Origin: Octopus vulgaris
Lineage: Eukaryota
DNA: 64,000 nt
Reading direction: 5' to 3'
NCBI GenBank assembly: GCA_951406725.2
Contig: CATOCA020000001.1
Span: forward strand, 3,224,001 to 3,288,000
Made by a program: the position numbers and the translations under genes. This document shows, piece by piece, positions 25,522 through 46,569 of this stretch; position 1 is the first letter of the stretch, and every line of letters begins with the position of its first letter. The notes under the pieces were generated by a model. It saw only the letters and a list, made by a program, of their open reading frames with translations, ran no database searches and was not told where the DNA came from.

Positions 25522-26072
25522 GCTTGCTCATTATATAAATTTTTATATACTTATACATACATACATACATACATACATATAATATATATACATACATACA
25601 TACATACATACATACATACATACATACATACATACATACATACATACACATACATACATACATACATACATACATACACACATACATACACACATACATA
25701 CACACATACATACACACACATACATACATACATACATACATACATACATACAAACATACATACATACATACATACATATATGAACACGAACATATATACT
25801 TTTATATATACAGTTGAGCTGCTTGTCTCAAATCATTTTATAAACAATAAAAATTGTGTCCAGGATTTCATGTATGTTTACAAGAAGAGAATGTTTATAT
25901 GTTTTTAAAGAATCTCAAAAATAGTTGATAAATTTGAAAGAAAGAAAATGTTTTGGATTTTTATATTTCGAGGAAATTCAAAATTTGTGAATCAATTTTT
26001 CCTGAAATAAAAAGTATAAACCTCATATACTTTATTTAATCTATACAATACATCTCTGCCTTCAGCTAAAAG

Positions 26073-26143
<71 letters not shown>

Positions 26144-27119
26144 ATGTATGTATGTATGTATGTATGTATGTATGTATGTATGTATGTATGGGGGCGTGTA
26201 AGCAAAATATAAGATAGAGAATTCTAAAATAATTTTCAGTCTTTGAGACTGTAGGCGTAGGAGTGGCTGAGTGTTAAGTAGCTTGCTTACCAACCACCTG
26301 GTTCCGAGATCAGTCCCACTGTGTGGCAGCTTGGGCAAGTGTTTTCTACTATAGCCTCGGGACAAACATGTACATATTTACGACGGGGCTGCCTTCAGTT
26401 TCCGTCTACGAGATCCACTCACAAGGCATTTGTCGGCCGAGGCTATAGTAGAAGACACTCGCCCAAGGTGCCACGCAGTGGGACTGAACCCGGAACCATG
26501 TGCTTGATACGCAAGCTATTTAACACATACCCCAACCCCGCCTATATTTCGAGAGTTATCTCCGCTTACTTGCAATCGAAATTAAATCCGGCAACAGAAA
26601 ATTTGAAATTAATTGGAACCCCGGATACGTGCTACCGTTTAAAACTAAACTGAGGTAAGTCATTTTAATTACATTTCGGTCCATTTAACGCTTGAATGAA
26701 CATCCTTTCATCTTAAAATCTGTCTGTGTGTCTATAAATTAATAATACGATATTAATTATCGTAGATGTGCGTGATCCAAATTATGAGATCAGGAAATTA
26801 ATGTTTTTGTTTTTCGTTATGAAACTTACAAGGGCGTGGCCGCTTTGTTGGGGACAGAGATGGAGGTAACACAGAGTAGGGTCTCTGTTCAATTAGCCTG
26901 AAATGGTAGGGTTTTGTGTATATGTTTTAACAAGGGTGGATTTCTCCGCTGTGGAATCTGGATACCATTTAATTAAGAAGAGTGGTCCCGGGGCGCGCAC
27001 TCGTTTACTCGCGCATCCGCGCTAGCTAGTCGTGACAAGTCGATCCTACAACGACTACCTAGCAAAGTAAATGAAACACAAAAACACAAAGTAAGGATCG
27101 ACAAGTCCCGACTAACTAT

Positions 27120-27286
27120 TCATCTATCCTTAGTTTCCTCATTGACCACCAGATAAGGGATCGGGGGACCCTGTCGAAAGCTTTCTCCATGTCAACAAAA
27201 GCCAGGTACAGGGGCTTATCTTTTGTAGGTGTTTCTCCTGCAGCTGCCTTACCAGGAATATAGCTTCAGTGGCACTTTCCCTAGCA
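27120..27286 (-). mobile_element. RTE-clade LINE reverse transcriptase fragment (also 32232-32400 and 37062-37232)
   Basis: [16 protein letters not shown] / [32 protein letters not shown], one frameshift. Confidence 0.88.
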
Positions 27287-27329
<43 letters not shown>

Positions 27330-27343
27330 CATACACACACACA

Positions 27344-27438
<95 letters not shown>

Positions 27439-27441
27439 GAC

Positions 27442-27511
<70 letters not shown>

Positions 27512-28290
27512 ATCTAGGTTAGTTGAAATATGTTTCTGATATATATCCACTGATGATCGACAAGGTGAAAAGGTATTAAAACAACATATGTGTCCAGTGC
27601 CGCCATCTCGACAGCGAAGGTGCTAGAAACATCAAAGTCTGTGATCCTGGCACTGGACAGAAATGGCGTTTTTTATACTTTTAGGTGAAGAGAAATTCTC
27701 ACCACGGTGTAACTGCTGTAAATTTGCCTTTTAACAATTGAAATATATATTAACTAAATAAAATTTGCATAATACTGGAAAATCTTTAATGAACGGACAA
27801 TATTAATATTAATTAATAATTCATGTAATGACACGATGATGTTGATGATGGTGATGACAACTATAATGGTAGTGACGGGGGTGGGGTGGATGTATTCAGT
27901 TTTATACTGAAAAATATAAAAATACTTGAAAACAATTGTTTAGAAAAACAAAACACTTCAGATGGCCAGAATTTGTCGATGGAATAGTTATCAGCATCCA
28001 CCAGTTGGTCAAATTTGGAGTGTCAGCACTTAAGAGGGAAAAACAAAATGCGAACCTTAACATTCCCCGATCTGCTATTAAACGGATGCCATATGCTGTG
28101 AGTATTAGAAACACACAGACAAACACATGAAACAGACACACACACACACACACAACACAGACGTGATTTGTTTGCCTGTAAACTCAAGTGGTTGTTTAGC
28201 ATAGGATGGGTGGATAAATTTTGTATCACAGAAATACAATGTTATTTATTTAACAAGAAACGAACCAATATTTTTGCACACACTAACGCA

Positions 28291-28391
<101 letters not shown>

Positions 28392-28490
28392 CTCTCTCTC
28401 TCTCTCTTTCTTTAAATATATATATATATATATGTATATATAAAACTTAAAAAATGTATAATATAGCAGCATATTTTCGAACTTCATTTT

Positions 28491-28702
<212 letters not shown>

Positions 28703-29091
28703 ATTCACATGTATATATATGCATATTGAAATATCTATATATAGATTTGATATACACACATACATAAAACTATATATGCATTATGCAAATACGGGATTGT
28801 CAAGCTACTACTTCTGTTTGGTTTAACGATATCAAATATCTCCACTCTTTGATTGCTGAACAAAACTTTCTTAAAATCAAATAATTACTACTCATTCGAT
28901 ATAATTAAAAAGATAATTACAATGTTTGTGCTGAAAGAGAATCCTGTGTGTGCCTTAATTAGCCAACATTCTGTTGTATTTAAGAAATACCAGCTATCCC
29001 TTATTGTCTCGGGATTTCGCTTTCTCTCACTTTTTATCAAGACGTACACACACACAACTATTTATACATGTACGTTTGAGTGCCTATATGC

Positions 29092-29152
<61 letters not shown>

Positions 29153-29694
29153 CATATATATGTATTATCGATAGATGAGTGTATTATTACCTTGTTAACA
29201 ATTAACACGGAAAACTTAAATAAATAGTTACCAGGGTAGCAAAAATCTCACAAGTAAATTTTTGATCAGCTAATGAACTTTTCAGCTGACTCTTGTGTGT
29301 GCTTATGTATGTATGTGTGTGTGTGTGTGTGTGAGCATTGGAATCACAATCATGAGGTTGTGAGTTCGAATCCTGGTCCGAGCTGTGTGTTGTGTTCTTG
29401 GGCAAGACACTTTATCTCACGTTACTCCAGTTCACTAATCGATAGAAATGAGCTGTGACCCCTCACTGCTGCCAAGCTGTATCGGACCTCTTTGCCTTTC
29501 CCTTGGATAAAATCGGTGGCGTGGACGGGAGGGGCCAGTATGCATGGGCGGCTTCTGATCTTCCATAAACAGCCTTACTCGGATTTATGCCTCCGAGGGG
29601 AACTTTCTAGGTGCAATCTCATGCTCATTCATGACCGAAGGGGTCTTTAGCCTTTATACATACATACACACACACACACACTCACACAAACATA

Positions 29695-29758
<64 letters not shown>

Positions 29759-30444
29759 TGGGTATGCATGTGTAGGATGTGTAGAATGTATAAGTATATG
29801 CATACATGTATGTATGTATAAATATATGCATATATGTATATGTTTACATACGTGAGACAGACAGACAGACAGGGAGCGTGTGTGTTAGAGAATAAAAGTG
29901 AGTAAGCGTGAGAGTATGAGAGATTGAGTCTCAGAAATTTGGTCATTGTTAAATGCATGTCAGTCGCCCACTTGAGGGATAATATATATCGTAAACAAAG
30001 TAATTAACTCTCTAATTGTTCCATTTAATTACTTCATATGAGCTGTTATTATTAATTCCCACCTTGCTAAGAACATGTTTGCATTCCAGGAAATAATGGC
30101 CATCAAACTTGAGTTTACCATATCAATATGTATCTATCTATCCTATCCATCTATGTGCGTGTATGCGTTATTATATATTTATATATATATATGGTTCGGG
30201 GTTCACTTTGGCCAAATGACTTCTACTATAGCCTCGGGCTGACCAAAGCCTTGTTTGTGTGTCTGTGTTTGTCCTCTCGTCATCGCCTGGCAACCGATGT
30301 TGGTGTGTTTGCGTCCCCGTAAATTAGCGGTTCGACAAAAGGAACCGATAGAATAAGTACTGCACTAGTAAAGAATAAATTTTGTGTCGATTTGTTTAAC
30401 CCAAAAGACACCGCTCCATCATGGCCGCGGTCAAGTAAAAGAGT

Positions 30445-30633
30445 ATACATACATACCTATATACATACACATACATACATATACATACATACATACATAC
30501 ATACATGCATACATATATACATACATACATACATACATACATACATACATACATACATACATACATACATACATACATACATACATACATACAAACATAC
30601 ATACATACATACATACATACATACATACATACA

Positions 30634-30667
<34 letters not shown>

Positions 30668-30693
30668 CATACATACATACAAACATACATACA

Positions 30694-30727
<34 letters not shown>

Positions 30728-31239
30728 CATACATACATACATACATATATACATACATACATACATACATACATACATACAAACATACATACATACATAC
30801 ATACATACATACATGCATTCATACATACGAACATACATACATACATACATACATTCATACATACGAACATACATACATACATACATGAACATACATATAT
30901 ACTTACAAACATACATTCATACATTCATACATACATACATACGAACATACATACATACATACATGAACACGAACATATATACTGGTTTCCTCAAATCATT
31001 TTATAAACAATAAAAATTGTGTCCAGTATGTTTACAAGAAGAGAAAGTTTATATGTTTTTAAAGAATCTCAAAAATAGTTGATAAATTTGAAAGAAAGAA
31101 AATGTTTTGGATTTTTATATTTCAAGGAAATTCAAAATTTGTGAATCAATTTTTCCTGAAATAGAAAATATAAACCCTGTCTTCTTCATATACTTTAATT
31201 TAATCTGTACAATAAATCTCTGCCATCAGCTAAAAGGTG

Positions 31240-31306
<67 letters not shown>

Positions 31307-32419
31307 TGTATGGGGGCGTGTATGGAAAAGATAGGATAGAGAATACTAAAATAATTTTCAATCTTTGAGACTCTAGGCGTTGGAGTGGCTGAGTTGTAAG
31401 TAGCTTACTTACCAACCACCTGGTTCCGAGATCAGTCCCACTGTGTGGCAGCTTGGGCAAGTGTTTTCTCGGGCCAAACATGTACATATTTACGACGGTT
31501 CTTCCTTCAGTTTCCGTCTACCTCATCCACCCACAAGGCTTTGGTCGGCCGAGGCTATAGTAGAAGTCACTCGCCCAAGGTGCCACGCAGTGGGACTGAA
31601 CACGTAACCATGTGCTTGGTACGTAAGCTATTTAACACATACCCCAACACCGCCTATATTTCGAGAGTTATCTCCGCTTTCTTGCCATCGAAATTAAATC
31701 CGGCAAAAGAAAATTTGAAATTAATTGGAACCCCGGATACGTTGCTACCGTTTAAAACTAAACTGAGGTAAGGCATTTAATTTCATTTGGGACCATTTAA
31801 CGCTTGAATGAACATCCTTTCATCTTAAACTCTGTCTGTGTGTCTATAAATTAATAATACGATATTAATTATCGTAGATGTGCGTGATCCAAATTATGAG
31901 ATCAGGAAATTAATGTTTGTTTTGTACGTTATGAAACTTACAAGGGCGTGGCCGCTTTGTGGGGGACAGAGATGGAGATAACACAGAGTAGGGTCTCTGT
32001 TCAATTAGCCTGAAATGGTAGGGTTTTGTGTATGTGTTTTAACAAGGGTGGATTTCTCCGCTGTGGAATCTGGATACCATTTATTTAAGAAGAGTGGTCC
32101 TGGGGCGCGCACTCGTTTACTCGCGCATCCGCGCTAGCTATTCGTGACAAGTCGATCCTACAACGACTACCTAGCAAAGTAAATGAAACACAAAAACACA
32201 AAGTAAGGATCGACAAGTCCCGACTAACTAGTCATCTATCCTTAGTGTCCTCATTGACCTCCAGATAAGGGATCGGGGGACCCTGTCGAAAGCTTTCTCC
32301 ATGTCAACAAAAGCCAGGCACAGGGGCTTATCTTTTGTAGGTGTTTCTCCTGCAGCTGCCTTACCAGGAATATAGCTTCAGTGGCACTTTCCCTAGCACG
32401 AAAATGTATACATATACAT

Positions 32420-32451
<32 letters not shown>

Positions 32452-32458
32452 GTATATA

Positions 32459-32499
<41 letters not shown>

Positions 32500-32506
32500 C
32501 ATACAC

Positions 32507-32557
<51 letters not shown>

Positions 32558-33177
32558 TGTATCTAGGTTAGTTGAAATATGTTTCTGATATATATCCACC
32601 GTTGATCGACAAGGTGAAAAGGTATTAAAACAACATATGTGTCCAGTGCTTCCATCTCAACAACGAAAGTGCTAGAAACATCAACGTCTGTGATCCTGGC
32701 ACTGGACAGAAATGGCGTTTTTATATACTTTTAGGTGAAGGGAGAATTTTCACAACGTTGTAACTGCTGTAAATTTGCCTTTTAACAGTTGAAATATATA
32801 TTAACTAGAATAAAATTTGCATAATACTGGAAAATCTTTAATGAACGGACAATATTAATATTAATTAATAATTCATGTAATGACACGATGATGTTGATGA
32901 TAGTGACTACAAATATAATGGTAGTGACGGGGGTGGGGTGGATGTATTCAATTTTAGACTGAAAAATATAAAAATACTTGAAAACAATTGTTTAGAAAAA
33001 CAAAACACTTCAGATGGCCAGAATTTGTCGATGGAATAGTTATCAGCATCAACCAGTTGGTCAAATTTGGAATGTCAGCACTTAAGAGGGAAAAACAAAA
33101 TGCGAAACTGCTATCAAACGGATGCCATCTGCACTGAGTATTAGAAACACACAGACACACACACACACACAGACACA

Positions 33178-33217
<40 letters not shown>

Positions 33218-33406
33218 CACACACACAAACACAGACGTGATGTGTTTGCCTGTAAACTCAAGTGGTTGTTAAGCAAAGGATGGGTGGACAAATTTTGTAT
33301 CACAGAAATACAATGTTATTTATTTAACAAAAAACGAACCAATATTTTAGCACACACTAACTCATGTCTATCTATCTATCTATGTATCTATCTATCAATC
33401 TCTCTC

Positions 33407-33482
<76 letters not shown>

Positions 33483-33555
33483 TACATGCATATGTGTATA
33501 TCATTCTACATATCGATATTTCAAAATGCATATATATATACATGTAAATATATAT

Positions 33556-33604
<49 letters not shown>

Positions 33605-33619
33605 ATATATTCAACAACG

Positions 33620-33659
<40 letters not shown>

Positions 33660-33754
33660 CTATATATATATATATATAATATCTATTTTTTCTCACTTGA
33701 CCGCTGATGCCAGAAAATTTTTCTTGAATTTTATGTTACCCTTATATTGATTGA

Positions 33755-33797
<43 letters not shown>

Positions 33798-34036
33798 CAT
33801 ATATGTATATATATTTACATGTATATATATATATGCATTTTGAAATATCGATGTATAGAATGATATACACATATGCATAAAACTATATATGCATTATGCA
33901 TATACGGGATTGTCAAGCTGCTATTTCTGTTTGGTTAGTAATTAAAGAGATAATTTCTGTTTGGAAGTAATTAAAGAGATAATTACAATGTTTGTGCTGA
34001 AACAGAATCCTGTATTTGCCATAATTGGCCATCATC
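30445..34036 (+). repeat. Tandem segmental duplication, copy 2 (3'-truncated, more diverged)
   Basis: Matches ~25540-28970. Confidence 0.9.
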
Positions 34037-34061
34037 GTCATTAAAGTGGCGGGGTGACAGA

Positions 34062-34148
<87 letters not shown>

Positions 34149-35197
34149 TATATAGACACATACAGACACACATATACATGAGGAGGTCGTGCCTACTACA
34201 TCCTGTTTCATTAGAAGTTTCCTTTTAACTGTTGGTAGTGTCACATTTTCATCGTCGTTTGAACAAAGCGGACGCTGAAATTTTCTGAAATAGAAAAACT
34301 TCAACCCGAATCAGAACATAATCTTCGAATTTGGTAAATAATTTTCTTTTCATATATATATTTGTTTAACACTCAACTTACTAACACATTTACAGCGTTA
34401 AATATTCATTACAACAATTTCAAACGTAAATATACTGTTTTCTTTTCACACACACCATTTTAAACATTTTCTGGTGTTATATTATAAGTAAAGAAACTCT
34501 TCATTTCCAGAATATAATATTAAATATAATTTGGTTATATCTGTTTAAAATCTCTTTCATGGTAATTAAAATGCTGGAAATGTTCATCTAATGAAACAAT
34601 ATTTTAGGTAGTTATCACTGGTTTTCTAACTCTCGAGTGAAATTTAAAATATTGTTTTTTGATAACTTCTTTTTTTCAAAGCTTAGAAAGCGAGAATTTT
34701 ACCAACCACGCATTTCAACTCATAAAATAGAGGTGTACATTAATATAGGGATTTCAACTCATAAAATATAGGTCTACATTAAATACTGCAAGGCATCGCG
34801 TCCAATATCTAATTCCAGAAGACCACCACTTCAGGCTAGAATTTTGTTTTACCAACACTTGCATAATAAAAATCAAAATGACCTTAGCAGGATTTGAAAT
34901 CAGAATACAAAGAGTTACATTAATACCAATAACAACTCTACTAATTTTATCTCTTTCGTCTTTCAATCAATGAAATTTTTTAAGTGATTTTATTTCAATT
35001 TTATAATTTGAATAATTATAAACAGTAATATGAATCAACAACGGAGTGTCTGAAATGTAGCGCGAGGTTAACATATTAGATTATAAAGAATATGGGAAGG
35101 TCGTGGTTAGAACGCCTTTGGTCATAGTGTTCCTGGATAAGAATTAACTCAAGTTAAACATGCAATTAAGTTTAAGAAGATTATAGTTTTATAGATT

Positions 35198-40318
<5,121 letters not shown>

Positions 40319-40324
40319 ACACTG

Positions 40325-40355
<31 letters not shown>

Positions 40356-41195
40356 CCCCACGTATTTCTAAACTTAACCTGTATACCGTGACCCTTAAAC
40401 ATAACCAATACCTACAACTTAAACCCTAACCTAAAACTCAAACGCTTGGCCTCTCTTTTAAACCCTTCTCTCGTTCTAAATCCCTAATAAAAGAATTTTT
40501 TCTGATACATTTGTCAACTGCCGTTTCTTTAGGTTTAGCCATATCAAATGTCCCTTCGTTTGTCCTGTTCCCCTAAACTTTATTAAAATAAGTTTCAAAT
40601 GCAGTTGATTATGGAACCTGTAAATGTGAGAATACCCATAGCTACAACTTATATTCTAACCCTTTCCCTATTTCTCGTCCTAAATCTTTAATACGAATTC
40701 CAAACGATCTTTTCCTGGCATATTTGTAAATCAAATTAAAATGCGTGTGGCACCTCTAAATGGGAGAATACAGTAAAGCACTTTAAAATTGCATAATTAC
40801 AGCTAATTAGAAGTAATTAAAGATATAATTACTATGTTTATGTTGTATCCTCAATTTGTCTAAACTGGGAAATTTAGGATGTATTTTATAAATACCAAGA
40901 ATTTATAATTTGCTCCCTTCCTCCCACTTTCTTTCTCTCTCTCTCTCTTTATGCACAAACTTCTACACATAGGTGTACATACACACACACACACACATGC
41001 ATGCATACAGTTTGAGCCGGCAGAACCGTTACTGTCGCCTGGGTTGCTGTTACATGTCATCGTTTCGCTCGATAAAATAAATACTTATTAAGCACAAGGG
41101 TTGATATAATCCACTTAAATCCTGACTTGAAATTGCTGGTCGAGTGCCAGAGTTTAAAACCAATGTGTGTGTGTGTGTGTATGCCTGTATGTGTA

Positions 41196-41233
<38 letters not shown>

Positions 41234-41326
41234 TGTATGTGTGTGTGTATGTGTGTGTATGTGTATGTATGTGAGTATGTGTGTGTGTATGCGTGTGCAT
41301 TTGAAAGTGTGTGTGTATGTGTGTGT

Positions 41327-41385
<59 letters not shown>

Positions 41386-41756
41386 ATTATGAATACCGTT
41401 ATATTATGTATGTCTGTGTTTGTTCGGTTTGCAAAAAACTTTCTAGCATTTTGTAAGTAAAATTTTTTAATAGTCTTTAGATTGCCGTGCATAGCTTTAC
41501 TCAAATCAAATATTTCCCATTTTGTTCCCCTACCTTTCGCCATCTTTGAGGCAGCTTCATGACCCTGTCCTTCCAGAACTTGCTATATTTCTGGGTCATT
41601 AACTTGTCTAAGTAGCTTCTACACTCTTTTAAACAATCAAAGTTCTCCCCATTAAGAGAATTCTGCAAGGATCCCAATAAATGATAATTTATCTCCCTAT
41701 GCCTGTCTGTCTCTCGTTCCCTCTCTCTCTCTCTCTCAATCTATCTATCTGTCTAT

Positions 41757-41824
<68 letters not shown>

Positions 41825-42683
41825 AAAAATGGAAATTTTTTCACAATTTTTCCAGGATCCTCATCTTTCAATAAACAGAAAGAAAAAATATCCGGGAAAA
41901 GTGTAAAAATTAAGAGAGAGGGATGAATTTTTGAGATTTTATTTTCAGGATCGAATCCCGCCACCTGCTTCATTTTTTCACTTTTTCCAGAATTTTCTCT
42001 TCTTACTTATTTTTTTATTTTCTATTTTATTATTATTATTTTTTGGGTGGGGCCAAATACGTAAAAAATACAAAGATTTGAACTCTGATAATAATTTTTC
42101 TTTTTAATTTTAACTCGTTAACCAACCACATGTTTCCGGGTGGCACCTCGGGCAACAGATTTGTTTCAGTCATTTACCTGTGGCCATGCTGGAGCGCTGC
42201 CATTAGTCGAGCAAATCGACACAAGGACTTATTTTTTGTAAGCCTATTGCTTATTCTATCGGTCTCTATTTGCTGAACCGCTAAGTACGTTATGTTATCG
42301 TAGTTTTGTTAGCTTTGGCTGCTATTTCTAGCGTATGGATACCCTGCTTGAAGGGCTGAAGGGTATATATATATATATTTATATATATATATTTTTATAT
42401 ATGTTCTTTTATTTTACTTGTTTCAGTCATTTGACTATGGCCATGCTGGAGCACCGCCTCTAGTCGAGCAAATCGACCCCAAGACTTATTCTTTTTAAGT
42501 CCAGCGGTTCTTGACAAGCCGCTAATTGACGGGGATGTAAACACCCCAGCATCGGTTGTCAAGCGATGTTGGAGGGACAAAAAGGCACACACACTCACAC
42601 ACACATATATGTATATATATATTTATATACGACGGGCTTCTTTCAGTTTCCATCTCCCAAATATATTCATACACACACACACG

Positions 42684-42729
<46 letters not shown>

Positions 42730-42733
<4 letters not shown>

Positions 42734-43487
42734 CGACGGGGCTTCCTTCAGTTTCTGTCTACCAGATTCACTCACAAGGCTTTGGTCGCCCGAGGCTATA
42801 GCAGAAGTCACTCGCTCAAGGTGCCACGCAGTGGGACTGAACCCGGAACCATGTGCTTGGTTCGCAAGCTACTTAACGCACCGCCAACCCCGCCTCTATT
42901 TCGAGAGTTATCTCCGCTTACTTGCCATCTCCTATTCCAACTTAAATCTACTTCCGGCATCAGTAAATTTGAAATTAATTGGGACCCCGGATCCGTTGCA
43001 ACCGTTTAAAACTAAACTGAGGTAAGGCAGGCTTTTTTCTTTCATTTGGGACCATTTAACGCTTGAATGAACATCCTTTCATCTTAAACTCTGTCTGTGT
43101 GTCTATAAATTAATGATACGATATTAATTATCGTAAAAGTGCGTGATCCAATTATGAGATCAGGAAATTAATGCTTTTGTTTTTCGTTACGAAACTTACA
43201 AGGGCGTGGCCGCTTTGTGGGGGACAGAGATGGAGGTAACACAGAGTAGGGTCTCTGTTAAGTCAGCCTGAAATGGTAGGGTTTTGCGCAGATGTTTTAA
43301 CAAGGGTGGATTTCTCCGCTGTGGAAACTAGATACCATTTAATTAAGAAGAGTGGTCCTGGTGCGCGCACTCGTTTACTCGCGCACGCGCGCTAGATAGT
43401 CGTGACTAGTCGATCCTACAACGACTACCTAGCAAAGTAAATGAAACACAAAAACACAAAGTAAGGATCGACTAGTCACGACTAGCT
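42730..43487 (+). repeat. Segmental duplication, copy 4 (partial, gene-proximal)
   Basis: Matches ~26375-27117. Confidence 0.88.
42885..43027 (+). promoter_or_regulatory. Candidate promoter / non-coding first exon of the ankyrin gene
   Basis: GC box CCCCGCC, ETS-type ACTTCCGG (42950-57), strong donor GAG|GTAAGG at 43022. The ATG exon begins with an acceptor, so an upstream exon is required. Inference only. Confidence 0.45.
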
Positions 43488-44056
43488 TCCTCGGATGCGC
43501 TTATACACGATTGCGCGCACTCGTCTTAGGTTGTACCCTGTAAATGAAAACTGAATATGTGTGTGTGTGTGTTGTGTGTGTGTAAAAGTGATAAAGTCTA
43601 GTTTCATGTATTTATTGTCTGTAACTGTAACTCCCTCCCACTCCTTTTGCTGTTTTAGCTTTCTTTCTGACCTGTCCATAAATTATCTTTACAACTTCCA
43701 CACTTCCGAACTTCAAATTGTAAACCCAGTGTTTATTTCAATACCTCGCTTCCTCCATTTCCTCTCTCTCTTTTTCTTCTCTTAGCCTATTTTATTAAGT
43801 CTGCTATGCGTATGTGTGTGTGTGTATAATATATACGAGCATTCCCCAGGCCTTTGTCTCCGTGTGTAGTGTACACAAATGTATTCATAAAACATCTTTC
43901 GTAATGCTTATGTATTAAGATCTTAATTAAAGGTTACAAGTCGATACCCTTCACAAGAAATAGTTTTAAATTCCAACGTTAAGTACACACACTCATATAG
44001 ACACACACACTTATATATATATATATATACACACATATATATATATCTATATATAT

Positions 44057-44089
<33 letters not shown>

Positions 44090-45663
44090 CATATATATAT
44101 ATATACGTATATATACATACATATATATATATGTACATATATATATACACATATATAATTATGTAGTCACATGATCGATTATACTGCAGGATGTTACACA
44201 TCACTTGTCACAATGTGCTTTGCATCGTTTTACGTTTTCAATGATGCCACTCCACTGGTTAGGAAAGCAGGCGAACATTCGGAAGTCTTCGGAAAGGAAG
44301 GGCATTGCAAGAATCAAACCCACGATCTAGCTATTGTGAGGGTAACACCCGAATCACTATGCCATACAGCTACTCACACATGCACACGAGTATTCACATA
44401 CATAGACTTATATATGTACGTATATGTATAAAAAGCAATCATTTTACACCTTTTCTCCATACTACCATGGGTTGTATGAGTATATTATTGATCCATTCTT
44501 TTTGGATCTGGATCCCCTTCATGTTATTAACCCTTACCAGTTGTTCAAGGGATCACTTATTCCAATGGTTCGTCTATTAACAGGGAAAATGATAATCTAA
44601 TCGTTCATAGCTGAGCAATTTTCAGTAAAAGCAAATGGAAACATACACACACACACTCAAGCAGGTGTGTGCATATATATATGCATACGTACACTCACAC
44701 AAACACACAGACACTTCATTTTGGCAGATTTTTCACTGGTCCTCAGATATTGTCCAGTGGTGTACGATGGGCTTCTCTCAGATTATCTCTAATTAATCCA
44801 CTCAGAAGCCTTGATCAGCCATGGGATTTAGAAGAAGTTACTTGCCCAAGGTGTCATACAGTGGGACAAAACTGGTGGTTGGCGTTTGGAAGGGCATCCA
44901 ACAGTAACATACCTGATAAAATAGACAGTAGCCCAGGGTAGTTTTTTTCTACCTGGCCTGCTCCTGTCACCCATCTTACTCATGAATGGATGAAAAGTGG
45001 ACGTTAAGTGATGATGGCAATGATATATGAATATATATATATATATATATAATAAATATAAATATGTATGTATGTATATATAAGGGAAATTTATTAAATA
45101 ATTTTGAAATAGTCATAAAGATATTTGTAAAAATCTATAAAGTAAGCACTTGTTGATAGTGTCTGATTAGATCTCATCTACTTTGCTAGTGTTTCGACAA
45201 AGATCAATACAGGAGGTTTTATTGAACAAACTCTGTTTCATTGATTCTTTTACTATTTTTCGTAAATTTACCTTTCTTCGCAAGAATCAGTTTGTCTTTG
45301 ATATAAAGTGCCCTCCACCGTAGCTGGGGTATGATCCACAGATTTATAGCTCAACATGTACGCTGCCTTTACGTAGCTAATCAACAGACTGTACATTCCA
45401 ATATTGAGGGTTTAATAGTAACCAGTCAATATGTAATCTAACCTAGAGACACAACACAATGACTGTTGTTAGGTTTATTAGAGTCAAGAAGAACATTCAG
45501 CTATGAATAATACTTTAGATAAACTGAAGTTTACAATATCAATGTTATCTTTTGCAATATTTTAGAACCATCAACTTCTGTTTATTGTTGTTTAACTCAT
45601 TTTATAAGTTTTTTTAAAACTGTTTTGCTTTCTTTCTGTTTTGACTGTTTTTATTCAAAAGAC

Positions 45664-45741
45664 ATGGAGGATTTCATACAGAAAATTAGAAATGGTGACG
45701 TCGAAGGAATTCAAAAATTAGTGAAAAAGGATCCAACAATA
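45664..45741 (+). CDS. Ankyrin-repeat (Mind bomb-like) gene, coding exon 1 (MEDFIQKIRNGDVEGIQKLVKKDPTI)
   Basis: Pyrimidine-rich tract then aaag|ac ATG at 45664; donor ata|gtaagt at 45742; 78 nt, phase 0; homologous to the - strand exon at 10596-10674. Confidence 0.8.
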
Positions 45742-45924
45742 GTAAGTTGTTCTCTTTATTGCCTTCTCAAATTTGACTGTTTATTATTTTATACACAATA
45801 TGAAATGTTTTATACACAATATGAAAAGTAGCCACATATATTTGTCCATGATATTTCATTTCTTTCTTCACCTCTTTTCTCTAATCCTCATCATCGACAT
45901 TTTTATAAATATTTATCCAAACAT

Positions 45925-46440
45925 TGAGGCATGGCAGAATTGATGGAATGTGAGTGAGAAAGAAATCCATCACACACTGCAATGGGGTGTTCTGGCGGGA
46001 AGTATTCAGTTCAAGAGATGAGAGACAGATGGAGCCGATAAATGGATGGTGACTTTTTAAAGAAGTCCTCTTGCCATACAAAGTTGAAGGTTTTACTGGT
46101 GTCAAGGGCTACACCATTTTTGATAGAATTTGTTACACATATGAAAACACTGGTGTGTCACATAGGAATCTAACCCCACTTTATAAAACTGTACTGGTGT
46201 TCATTGAATCCAGAAAGACACCTAAAGGGACAAAGGTGATTTTTTTAATGAAGTTTAATTTACTATTGAAATATTGGAAGTTAGAATGACAGGATGGCAG
46301 TCAATAGATGGGATAGTGTCTGCAGGAATATAGAGCAGGGCTTCTCATAGTGGTCACTACCACCAATGTGTGGGGGCCGTGGGAACATGTTATATTAGTT
46401 TATGTATATATGGCACTCCAAGTGAGTTTGGCAGAATTAA
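45925..46440 (-). mobile_element. Paralogous LINE RT remnant in intron 1 of the intact gene
   Basis: GVALDTSKTFNFVWQEDF; reverse complement matches 9470-10030. Confidence 0.6.
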
Positions 46441-46569
46441 AGGTTAAATAAGTAAAAAGCGAAGTGGTGATGCATCAAATATTTACTTATTGTGAGGTGG
46501 TGTTGTGGTAAGTAGTCACCCACCAGGGTTGCGAGAAAGGTAAATAAATACCCCCTTCCCCCGAAAAAT

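Noticed and set aside
27549-27580. CTGATGA...GAAA hammerhead-like string
   Set aside because: Stems do not pair, and duplicate copies read ccgttga and ctgttga
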